DNA from: Marsupella aquatica
Taxonomy: Eukaryota; Plantae; Marchantiophyta
Direction: 5' to 3'
Assembly: GCA_973895155.1 (NCBI GenBank)
Contig: OZ316895.1
Location: 21,774,558 to 21,838,557 of the forward strand
DNA: 64,000 bases
Shown one piece after another: positions 1 through 12,300 of this stretch (the first letter of the stretch is position 1; each line of letters opens with the position of its first letter). Position numbers and translations under genes: made by a program. Under the pieces are notes generated by a model. It saw only the letters and a list, made by a program, of their open reading frames with translations. It did no database searches and was not told the DNA's origin.

Positions 1-314
1 GGTCGGATTAGAATGGGATCGACTCATCAACCAGATATTTGCAGCTTGTGCCTCCATAGCAACCTCGAAAGTAAGTGTGAATGGGAGGTAGGCTGCCGAC
101 TGTAGTAATCAAAGCCCAGCTGATGGATTTCCCCTTCACCACGGGAGGATCGAAGGAGCCGGTCTTCTGGATTCACGCCCAACTTTCTGAGATGATGACT
201 CGAGGAGTAGCACCAGTATTTCCGGATAGGTAGAGCTCACCACGTCTAGATTTCCGGGCTCATGATCTGAATAGTTCATTCGCCGGAAACGTCTATCGAG
301 TTTGGCGGAAGCGA

Positions 315-1889
315 TTGATGGGTAATTGCCTCTGCACCTATAATCGACCAGCAGCAATCGGCACAGACACTTCCCAAGCCCTGATCCTGGTCGTGGGCAA
401 CGATGCAGAATACAAGTCTCGTGTCGCACAGGACCTCGCAGAGGCTCGTGGCGCGACAGAAAAGCACGTCAACAAGGCCGGGGTTCGGTGTTTCGCCAGA
501 AACGCTTCCCCCGCAGAACCTGTGGTGATGGAGACTGCTCCCTTGAAGACTGTCCCGGGTTTGTCCCGGGTGGACACTGCGAGAGTCTGGATCTCACAGA
601 ATTCCCTGAGACAGCTTTCGGGACAGGTTGTGTTTGTGGTTTGCGTCATAGGGTCGACCGATGCCGATGAAATCTCCAGGGAGCCGAGTTTCACGAAAAA
701 CCAATTCTGCTGGTTGCATGCGTTGGCGCATGTTTTTGAAAAGAACAAAAATGAGATCCTGATCATGGTTAAGTCGGAGGACAGCACTGACGATGCGTTC
801 AAGCAGAAATTCCTGCAGGTCCTGAAAAGGGATGGATTCCGATGCGAAGAAAACATCATCTTCGTCAAGTCGAAGAAAGCATATCTCAATTCTCCTATCG
901 TCAAAACGTTACTGCAATCTCATGTTGATGAGAGAATAATTGAACACAGGATCGAGGCAATGCCCCCTTTCCGTTTGCCAATGGTGGCACGGGATGGTAC
1001 CGGCTGGTTTGGGCCATGGGGTCCTGAGAACGTGATGCTTTTCGGGATTTCAGGCAGTGGAAAGTCCACACTGGCCAAGATGCTCACGACAGGGAGGCTA
1101 GACGGAGTCGATTCTCTCTCCACCAAATTTTCCACGAGCTCAGGTATGAGGGGAGAAACGAAGAAGGTCATTGTAGGGCAAGGGAGAGGGTGGTGTGTTG
1201 TCGACACTCCGGGGCTCGGAGAGTCGAACGAGGATGCAAAGAGCGGCGTATCAACAGACAGAGCGGGCAAATTGATCAAAGAGTACGTGATGTTGGCCCA
1301 AGGAGTTTACAGCCACTTCATCTTCGTCATTAAGAAGGAAAGGGTGAGCGAGTCCGATACGGCATTGTGGAGAATCTTCAACACAATGTTCCACGCAGAG
1401 GGGGTTGAAAACCACATGACTGTTGTGGTTTCCGGTGCAGATCAAATATGGGTTGACGAAAACATCAGTCATTTGAAGAAGTGTTTCGAAGGCTGTCACA
1501 GTTTTTTGCCTGCAGAATTCCCTTCAATGGAGCCGGATGTGCATTGTGACGAGGAAGCGGAGAGAGAGCTCCAAGAAGAGCTTCAGAACACGAGACTGCA
1601 GTCCTTGAAGGCGCTCGAGGAAGATCTCGCCAGCCTTTGTCGATTGGATGTGTCTTGCAGATTGGGAAAGTGGTCGCTCGGTACTCAACGGAGTTTGATA
1701 GCTCGCGATGAGGACGAATCCTTCTCGTACGGGGCTCATATGCGCCAAAATGCTGTCTTCGGACCGTCAGCCGGAAAACCACAGCCATCTGACTACGAAA
1801 CAGCCAGGACCATCATCAGATTCAAGTCCTTAACGACCCCAACCTTTCTCCCTGGGGAGAAATTAGTGGTTTCTCCGTGTAGAAAATAG
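315..1889 (+). CDS. Intronless AIG1/IAN-like (TRAFAC) P-loop GTPase with a degenerate N-terminal G-like domain and a possible N-acylation motif
   Basis: 524-aa ORF with G1 GISGSGKST, G2 Thr (GETKK) and G3 VVDTPGLG, followed by a FIFVIKKER strand typical of AIG1-type G domains; N-terminus (M)GNCLC. Confidence 0.8.
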   Translation: MMGNCLCTYNRPAAIGTDTSQALILVVGNDAEYKSRVAQDLAEARGATEKHVNKAGVRCFARNASPAEPVVMETAPLKTVPGLSRVDTARVWISQNSLRQLSGQVVFVVCVIGSTDADEISREPSFTKNQFCWLHALAHVFEKNKNEILIMVKSEDSTDDAFKQKFLQVLKRDGFRCEENIIFVKSKKAYLNSPIVKTLLQSHVDERIIEHRIEAMPPFRLPMVARDGTGWFGPWGPENVMLFGISGSGKSTLAKMLTTGRLDGVDSLSTKFSTSSGMRGETKKVIVGQGRGWCVVDTPGLGESNEDAKSGVSTDRAGKLIKEYVMLAQGVYSHFIFVIKKERVSESDTALWRIFNTMFHAEGVENHMTVVVSGADQIWVDENISHLKKCFEGCHSFLPAEFPSMEPDVHCDEEAERELQEELQNTRLQSLKALEEDLASLCRLDVSCRLGKWSLGTQRSLIARDEDESFSYGAHMRQNAVFGPSAGKPQPSDYETARTIIRFKSLTTPTFLPGEKLVVSPCRK

Positions 1890-4800
1890 GGAGAGCAGGC
1901 TAATCCCTCGCTATAGAGCTAAGAGAAAAATGAGGGACAGTAGACAAATCCCTCAAGTGCTCTTCCAAATACGTGATCCTGGGAGTACTCCATTAGTGAG
2001 ACCAGGACCAACCAGATCTCGAGATAGCTCGGAATGTTGAAATTTGAGAAGCGAAATCTATGCTGGGCTGTATCTTGATGCCAGAGAAAAGAAAGAGTAT
2101 CTGAGATGAACTGGAAAGTGGAGGAGCGCTGCTCATAGCACATTAAGGAGAGAGGAGAGAGGAGAAGATGAATACTCGCAGTGGGTTCTTAGCGTACAAT
2201 TCATGTGTCCCTCGGGGAGCTAGTTGTTCCGACACTTGTGACAACAAGTACCATAAATTTGCATGCCAGATCGAGAATGATATGCGGAATGGAATCACCG
2301 CTGAGGCATCAACAACATTCAGTTCAACAGGAAAACTGGGTAATAGTCTACTGCGGATTGCAAACAACGAGTTCGGGCATTGTCAAGAAGGCTAATGTTT
2401 CTAATGCCTCCTGCTCAACCGACTCAGGAGAATCAAGTACAGCATCCTCTATGTACTTGTTGGTTGCATCATATAGCTTCGATTGAAGTTACAATATTCT
2501 AGATTTCTCAATTTGATTCTGCTGCAGACACCAAATTATCTTATTTTCCTCTTTGGAGTAATCACATCTTTCAAAGAACTTGGATAGTAGATAGATGATG
2601 CCCTGCCTTCACAACATTCTAATTAATAGAGTTGAAATCGCAGTAGCCAGAGTTGTCAAGAGTAAATCCAGGTCCGAAAACTCATTGAAAATTCTGATGA
2701 GATTGCTTCACTTTTGTTCCAATTCAGGTGGTTAGACTCACAATCTAGCAGGTGGGGCATAATAATGATGATACATCAAGCTCGTCCAATCCAAACGATG
2801 TTACTAGTGGTAATGTCAAAAACATTGGAGTATTGCATCCTTTTGATGTCTGAGACTGACGAGGAACGTGAATGACGAAGAGAATTCGAGTGCTTCCTCT
2901 GGCGTGGCAAACACGGTGGAAACAGGTACATTGGACGTCCCACAAAAACATATTCACATAGTAGTTGTGATGTGGAGTTCTCGGATGTTGGTGGCATACC
3001 TGTCTCATCAAAATATGGCATCTGTCGTGCAGGCCGAATCGATGATGACGATATTTCTATCTGTCAGTGGGGCACCACTCTACCTTCAGGTGTCCTGTCA
3101 TCAAATTGGATTTTAGCGAAGGTTTTAGCACACTTCAATTTGGTGACTCGACTGGCACAATGCTTCGAATGGGTCAATACGAAAGTATCCAGCCTCTATG
3201 GAGCAACCCCTCTCAATAACGAAGATCCGCTTATTGATGGAAGAAGTAGGGAGGCATCCATGGATCCGAAGCCATAACTGCAACAACCCTACTTAGTTGC
3301 TGCCTTGACCATCACCTCCCAAATGGGCCTTGATTCGTTCTCAAAACGCTGCAGAAGCCCAAGAATATAGAATCAGAAGAAGAGTAGTTCATCGCTGTCG
3401 TTGTATACAGTTGTAGGAAGAAGCGAAGGGATCAGAGCGTATAACATGAAGCATATCAGTTCTTTTCTAGAGGATGATTACTATCGTGGAGAGCGGAGCG
3501 AGATCCCACTTCAGGAGATGTTGTGTGGTTTTCCACAATGTGGAACAGTAGTTACGAGGTGTTGCTGTCACCAATTGTGATAAAAAAAAGTCTGCTTACA
3601 GAAATTGATTGGAACTGGAAATTGCCTTTCGTTGTAAGTTCAACCATTGTTGTCGATATTGAATGTAGCCCACCCCTTGTTTGCAGTGAAGCGTAGGCAG
3701 GGACCATAGAGTAGACATAATAGTTTTATGTGGTAGAATCTTTGGTCCTCCGGTGATCGTTCTGCACGATGGCCTTTCTACAGAGTGTGTGGATCTGGCC
3801 ACCTTTGCAGATTGTTGGGAAATTGGCACAATACAATCACACAAGCACAAGCATACACACTGACACCAAGAAGATACCTGGTTCATCTTTGTCAAGGCTA
3901 TGTCCATGGAATGCTAAAGTTTTATTAAGCTTTGGCTATCATGGCCACACAAAACCTTCTTGTACAAGCTCTCCTTTTAACATCTAGCTAGTTATTTTAA
4001 ACATGAGTCTCCAAGAGGAGCTATTCCTAGCTCCTCTATATGCTACTGTAAACATTAGTGTCATGGCTAATCACCATTAACACCCTAATGGTGGTGGTTT
4101 AGCCAGAGTAACTAAAAGTTAACCCAAGACTTGAGTTAACCCTAACACAGATATAGTAAAGGTAGTCTTTGAATAGGCCCAGAATATAGCATGCCAAATC
4201 AGCTATGGTGGGAGCCTCGGTGGGGAGTAGCATAGTAGAAAACACCCATGAAGTTTCTATGCAATGTGGTAGGAGCATTCAAGCTATGGCCTCCATTCAC
4301 GTCTGGCATGGGAAAGACTACCAAGTGCTTTTGGCAGCTGGGCCTCCGGCCAGAGAATTGGGGCACATGCGCTTCCCACCCATACCCTGCACCCTTTCAA
4401 CTGAGTCCTTTTGGCAGCACGGGACCATGGAAGGTCCAACATTGTAAACGACCATATATTGTTCTTGAAATGTTTTTGGAAGGTGAATCTAACCCGTAAC
4501 ATCCTTGGGAGCCAAATCCATTCAAAACCTGAAAACCTGAAAACAAATCTGCTGCTCGCCCCCAAACAAGCTTCCAAAAGATGGATATGTTGCATCCCAT
4601 TTTGGATTCCAATTATGATTTGAGAAGGCAAATAGCCCTGGGGCTAGTTTCATAAATCACTTTCGTTACAACACCTGATTACAATTGGGTCCCACTCTTA
4701 GAGTATCACATCCAAGTTTTTAAGGGTGTTTCCATTTAGAAGATAAGTACAATCTATGCCTGTTTTTAACTGGATCTAGATAAGATGAGAATCTCCAACA

Positions 4801-6352
4801 CTTCTACTTCTCAGTCACAAAAAGTAAAGAAAAAGGAGAAAAATCTCAAGACGATCATGCATGCTCTGATTTGATACTTCTACAGTAGTACTGTAGATTT
4901 GTCAAACTTGACCGTGACTGTATATATTCATTGATAAACAAAAGCAGTCAGCCACATTTGAGAAGGTACAGCTTAATTACGGAAGGAACAGTGAGTTTTT
5001 CTGTTCTCGGGCATCTATACCCAAATTTCTCATCAGCTATCTCAAAATAACACAGGACGTTATGTGAGATTCTGCTACTAACAGTAGAACTTTGATCTCG
5101 CAAGATGACTTCCTTAGATGTCCCCAAAGTCACCTTCATGAAGGTGACACTGTTTGGCGTCAGATTATCTGATCTGGGCCTTTCTTCTTGGACAGATACT
5201 TGGCGAGAAAGAGTTGCGAATTGTAGCTCAAGACTCTGAGACCACCACTAACCAAGAATCTGAGCCTTCAACAACTCGAGATGAGGCAGCCAACTCGGCA
5301 GCCAATATTCAACAGCGGAAGGGAACTGTGCAGCTAGCACCTCAATCAACTAGCCGCTAGCTACTGCAGCATCGACTGCTGAGGTTTGTAAAACAGAAAC
5401 AAGAGGCTACTATTGACATATTTACCTCCACCGTCAGTGACTCAGTGATACCTACTGAAGAACCCAAAGGTTCGTCTCAAGAAGAGTTTTTTACATTTTT
5501 AAAAGGCTATCACCTCGTCGTCTCAAGAAAAGCATTACTCTGGAAAACTGAGTACGAGATCTGAAAACTACATTGATGAAAACCAAGATGTCCCAAACAA
5601 GTCGATTTTTCAATGGGGAGGGCCCGACGATCCGGCCTGCATAGGCCCCTCAAAAATGTCCGTGTCCCAGCAAGCTGTCTTGGGGATCACTATTTGGAGG
5701 CACCCTCATCATGTGCAATCGTTTGGACTTTTTGTAACACCCATAGAAATTTGAAAGTAAGTAGCGCTAAACTAATCATGAGGTAATTTGTAAGTTAGAT
5801 TTTTTTTCTTTTTTTGAACCCTCGTTCCATCTAAGTTTTTGTTAAGTCTTCTCTGAAACAAAATTTAAAAACTGTCAAGAGTGAACTCCTAGAAATTGGA
5901 TGCCTGTAGCCATGGGTTCCCATATTCCCGGCCCATGTTCAGTCGAGCTTGCAACCAGTGAGCTTGTGTCCACCATACCTCCTAGAGGAATATCACTCCT
6001 CTGGCGATGTGGTCAACACAATGCCCAGTTCTATGCTGTCCATTCTCCGCAATTCGCAGTTCATCTGTATCCTATCGTGCACATCTGTGCCCGGGCTCGG
6101 CATTGTTCTTTCATTCACTACAGTGAGATGGGAAGTCCACAACCCGAAGGGAACTTTCTCTACCTACTAGTAGAATGGCCGGAAGCTCAAGTAGAAACAG
6201 CAGCCAAAGATATACGTACTCTTTTAAAACAAATTCATTGGCGGTAAACATTCAACCTTAATTTTTCCAAGAGAGGAGAACTTGTGACTAACGACCATCT
6301 CGTCAGATCTGTCTGTGCACGTTAAGGATCTCCTTATGCAGCAAACATCCTG

Positions 6353-9300
6353 TTACTTGAGTGAAGCATTTGAGACACCTGATGAACTTTCAGTACTATA
6401 GCTATTCCCATTGCTCAACCTATGTAAACCTTCTGCTAATTTAGACTCACAACTCATTGATACCGTATCCTCCAAAGACAACTTCTTGTGTGTGTAGGTC
6501 ACACCTTTGTCCCCATCTACCACCTGCCCGGTTCCTCTCAACAACCTGAAATACGATCCAAAAAATTAAGCTCCAGACAGTTTACTAATCTTCCATCAGA
6601 GCAATGTGCGCCCGTAGGAGAGGGTCAAGTAATATGTAGATTGAGTTTGGTGTCCATAGTGATAGAAAGGTTTAACTCAGAACTCACGACTTTGGGGATT
6701 GACAGCATGCTCACTAAATTTTGAGCCACTAGATAAAGATGTAGCAAAATTTTGGAGCACGAGGGGGCTTTGAGGTTCTGAACATACCATCGTGTGGTCA
6801 GGAGTCCCTCCACCCCTACGGGACCACGAGCATGGATTCTACTTGTGCTGATGCCAACCTGTCAAAAGACGGAGCGGCATCAGAAATTTCTCTGACGTTT
6901 GGAACATTTACTCAAAGCTTCCGATCTCTTTCCCAATTTACAACAACCTCCATGGACGACGTAGGAAATGGATGTACGACTTTCTTGAGAAATAACGATG
7001 TTTGAAGTAGATTGGTGAGTCCAAGCTTGTAATAAGAGCATTTCGTACAAACCAAGAAGAATATTGGAGGAAAAAGAGGTCCAACAACTATGACATACCT
7101 CAGCTCCCAGCCCAAAGCGAGCCCCATCACAAAACCTTGTACTTGCATTCCTGAAGACTGCGGCACTGCAAGCAAGAATCCAAAACCAGTTTCAGGGTTT
7201 ATATCTGGGTTGCAAAACAGTTCTGAAAAGAATTGTGGGGGTTCGCGAAACTTAGGAGGATACGATCAGCAGCAGAAGAGATATTAATTACATTCCACCA
7301 GGACAATAACAACTTTGACAAGCACCAGTAGGCAAATAAGTAGAGCACGAGTCTCCACGCTAATGCCTTTCAACAAACGAAGAAGTTAAATGATTCACCT
7401 GTCAACTTTCTGCAAAAATTTCTCAGCAATCTTATCGTCCTTCGTAACAATACAATCGGTATGAGAACTGCCACCACAAAACGAATATAATTAGTCTTGA
7501 CCAATATAAAAATCTTTTACTACCTATGTATACTGTTATGCTTGCTTCCCTCCAGATTACCGGAAAACAAGGGCGAACCAAACCACGTACTTTTGCCAGC
7601 ATGCGTCTTTGGAATGCTTGATTGAGGCAAAGAGCGTTTACTTGAAGCTCTCCAAAATAACATAAAATTAGATTTCTACCGCACGGCTGACAGGCATTCC
7701 TCACCTCCCGAACTCATGGATATGGTTGATAGCTGCATCCACATCCTTAACAATCTCTACTGTGCAAGCTAGCCCACTATACTCTTTATGAAGAGTATCA
7801 GCCTTTTGAAGTTTCAGAACTTCTACTGCTCTTGGTCCCCCATACATTGTTACCCCTGTCAATTGTACAACATGATGCGAGATGTCAGGACCAAGCAAAA
7901 TTATCGCACTAGTGAAAACAATATAAACAAGTATAGGGACGGTCAGATTTCAGAGAAGTAGATCAATAACCGCACCTGCTACCTGTAAAGGGAATACAAG
8001 CTTCTCCCAGCCTCCATTCCCAACCAACGATTCATGGACCAGCAGTGTCTCCTGCAAGCATACCACAATCAGTTCTGCAGTTCGAAGGAGTAGGTTACTA
8101 AAGCAATCTCTGCACATTCGCTGTAAGGTCAGCCAGATCCTGAGAACATTGCAGTAAGGTAGAAAATTGCCGACTCTGCTTTGAAGGTCTGGACTGGAAA
8201 AGTACCATGCTGTTGCAAGCAGCTGGGTAATCAACTTTAGAATCCAGAATTATTTTCTTTGCCATCTCTGTATCTGCAGCCTCATCTATATACACATGGC
8301 ATACTCCATCTGTGCACAAGACCCAGATCTCGTATTATTAGCTCTAGTGACGCAGGAAGAAGTACTGTACCAACCTTCTTTCGTACAACCTAAGTAAGGC
8401 ATGCTTAACCAAAGAAACGGTGGCCAGACGGAGGAGTAAAATAACTGTCTACTCGTACCTCCAACATCGAAATGCAGTCAGGTTACAAAATCGAAGCACG
8501 CAAGGATATCAAACAGTTGAGCGTCCAGAACACAATTTTAATTGATTGATCAAGGTTGTACAGGTGTATGCTAATAACTAACCAGCATGGCCAAGAACAG
8601 GGATCTTCGTTGTTGCTTTGATTTGTGAAACTAGCGCATTGCTGCCCCTTGGTATCACCAGATCGATTACATCATCCAACTGTGTGTAACCAAGCAAGTC
8701 CATTAGAACATAATATCATCATCAATGAATTGCCGAACTTTCCCGAAACTAGAAACCGAAACCGAAATTTTCAAGGCTTTCACCGAGTCCTAGATTCACA
8801 GTCTTACTTGCCACATACTCGCCGTTCGTAAATTATCTTCCAATACCTTTACTCCATAGACATATTGGTTGATAGGCTGTTCACAGTTTATATACATGAC
8901 TTGTATTTCAAAGGAGGTAGTAACAAGGATTTCGTCCACCCTGGATAACAATGCAACGTACCTTGAGAAGATCAGGTATTTCATCCCTCCCAGTTACCAG
9001 GCCAATAAGCTCTGGGCCCACGGATTTGGGCAGCGCTTGAGTTACAACCTACGACACACTTAACAGTAAAAAACTCTATTCAAGCTACATGATATCCATT
9101 TCTTCAGAACACAGCTTCAACACCAAGTACGGGTACACACGAAAGGCAGATCTGTTACACCGAGAAAGATGTCTGATAAGGGAAAAAAAACAGTTTTGTA
9201 ATGGCATACCTTATGCAGAATAGCGTTTGATCGAGCTGCCTCTTTTCCTCCTTTCAAGAGTAAACCATTTCCACTCCGAACGGCCAGCGAAGCAATCTGC

Positions 9301-12300
9301 ACAGTTTATCAGTTCTCATGAATTAGACCTCTGGTAAAATAGGATCTCTAGAAATGGCCCTCAGAAGGAACTGATTGACAGCTTTGAGTTGAACAACAAA
9401 CTAGATTTTAACTTTCAAGTGAAATTCGGTAGCCAAAGGTATGCAACAAAGTGCAACTCTCAAACAGTTCGCACTGTTGCCTGCACCTGCACTAGAGATT
9501 CGGGTCGTGATTCAAAAATAACGAGTACAACCCCTAGAGGAGCAGTTGTCTTCTCCAGTATCAAGCCTTCAGAAACCTGGAAGATGATATAGTCAGATAT
9601 ACCAAACTTATGTTAAACTGATGAAGGAAAAATATTTCTCATGGATCCAAATACGAAAGGAGATACTATAGAACAGTCTACGAGAGACAAATGTCTTCAC
9701 ATTAAGCTGCAAGAAAAGCTTGCTACGTAATTCCATCCATTTCGAAGTGACAGTACGGTGTTCTAACCTCTGTTCTTTGTGAAACCTTGCCTATGGGCTC
9801 CTCCATATCTGCAAGGACCCTGATTGACTTCGCCAAACTGGCAATCTGTCACAAATTACCAACAACGGAGTCCAATTTAGAGTGATATATTGAACACCCT
9901 GTAAACATATATAGGGCATGATAGGTATAATCCCAGCTAAGATATAGACACAGGACATATAATACATAATACAACTTCAAAGGGTACATTAGCTCTTCGT
10001 GGGTACCTTGCCCGGTTTGATGGTCAGCCGTGCGATGAGCGATGATGATAGCTTCGCTTCATGAGCAGCTTGCGTATCAATCTTATTTTCAGCCTTGATC
10101 AGCTCCTCATTTTCGAGTAATGCGCTGGCAACATCCAGCAGTGCCTGTCGACGTTCACCTGAAGAAAGACTCTGAATTTTCACTGGCAAAGTCAATGTAG
10201 TGATTAGGAAGAAGTCACTGGCAAAGTCAACGAAGGTAAAGCTTGTGGCTGTCTATTTCAGTTCGGACCCTTCGCTCGGAAACCTATATGTATATATGGC
10301 AGAAGGGAGAGAGCAACAGCTACCTGAAGACGACGACTAGCATCCCGAGAAGCAACAGCCATCTCGCGTGCCCCATTTGAATCAAAAGAACTCCACTGCT
10401 GTGCATCCTTATGAAACAATGTACCAATTTTCTCGCCTTCTATCACACGTCGAAGGACATCCGTAGCACATCCACTACGGAAACAATGCGTTAGAGCAGT
10501 TTCGAACCCTAGAACTGACAGACATCGAGATGGACTTCATGCACTCTGCGCTTTATCTTACTGGCACGGATCAAATCATAGCCCCTTTGGTGAAATAAGG
10601 CACCAATTCCAGACACCTGAGAGAAACAAATTCGCAGGTCATGAACTTTATTGGCGATCCAGAGCCGACCCGACAGTTTAAAGCTACCGGGCAGCGCAGC
10701 TCACCTAGTAATTACAACAGGAATACCAGCCGATGCTGCATTCCAAGCAGCATAAACCTTTGCTGTCATTCCACCTCGTCCGACTCTGGACTTTTCACCA
10801 AAGGTAACCATTTCATCATGCTTCTCTTTTAAGTAGGTATGAATGAGTTTTGACTTGGAGTCGCTTGGAGGCCCTGTGTAGAGACCTTCAACGTCACTGA
10901 GAAGAATAAGAAGATCTGCTTTCAATTCCAACGCTAATAAGGCTGCTAGACTGTCATTGTCCCAGAAAATTCCACCAGAATCCTGCACCCACAATAGCGA
11001 AAAAGGCTGATTATGACTTAGCTGCACACGCAAGAAATAGCATGCCGATGACACATATAAATCACGAGAGTCTCGACATGCACTCAGCACCAGAAATGAA
11101 ATCCTCTAAACTGGGAGGCACAACTTGGATGCTACAAATAGAAAGTAGGCATAATAGAAACAACGGGCAAATGCTAGTACTCCACCCTTTAGATTATCTT
11201 CCCCAGCTCAAGACTGAATTCAATGGAGGAGATCTGGTATTTCAGTATTCACTCGATGATTTCAAGACTAGGTGTCTAAATTGCGTAAGTGAATGTCAAG
11301 GCCCTCGAGACAAATCGAAGGCTGCCGATACTATCAGCGAATCACAAATAGAAGAGAGAAACCAGAACCTTGTATGGTGCTTTTCTGGTACTAACTGCAT
11401 CATTCTCGTTAAAAACTGGTACCACTCGAAGGCTTAGCAGATTGAAGACTGTTTCAGACAGCTGTGCTCTAAAATCAGGATTTTGGAAGTCGAGGTCGGT
11501 GACCAGAAGCTGTGCTGATGCCACGTCCAACTGCACACACGAGAACGATGCTCTTCAGGAAAGCAGACTCAGAAATGTAAAGAACAGGTCAAGAAAATAT
11601 GACAACAGCGTGAAAATTAATCTCTCCATCTATTGTATGGCACACCCACAACAGAAACTGTCATATTCCCTTACTCCCAGGCATATACAGAGCAGACAGA
11701 GATGTACTAATGTTTAAAGACGCCCACGTTTTCATACACATCTATGCTGGTATACCCTCAATCACAAGAGAACTCAGACCTTATAACCACTCAGATTTAC
11801 CTGCCGGAGATTTGTTCATTATATCAATAAGCTGGCAACGTCTGCGGACTTTGTACTTTTGTTCATAAACGTATTCATATCATTGATTGAGAACTGCCGC
11901 CAGTCCAAATTATGAGGACACCGGTGGGGAGTCTCAACAAACATTATAAGTGAACTGCCCCGTCAAGTCCCTCTCGCAGATTTCTCCTTTTAAAAAATTA
12001 ATGCCTATATATATGTCGCTTTAGTTAAGGAAATTTAAAAACACCTTTTGAAGTTTACCAGCAATAGCAAATTTTTTTATGGAAAACACCGGTGTCTGTT
12101 GACGGACATGAGAGTTTGTTACTAAGAGATCTTACTTCAAAGTTTCAACGTCAGATTGAGGGGCAGGCGAGGAACGAACGACAGCTCTACTCCGCTGCAT
12201 AGATTTCGCGGGTGCTCTTTGAAGATCATCCGAGACCCAATTCATTGTAAGCGTTTCGTGCCAAGGACATTAATTCTAGCCCGCACATCATAGACGCCGA

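Noticed and set aside
338-1788. Antisense ORFs overlapping the GTPase (and similar shadows over other genes)
   Set aside because: They are shadow frames of real coding sequence with no domain signal.
1900-4000. Possible decayed gene on the minus strand
   Set aside because: Only short broken frames with no motif I can recognise.
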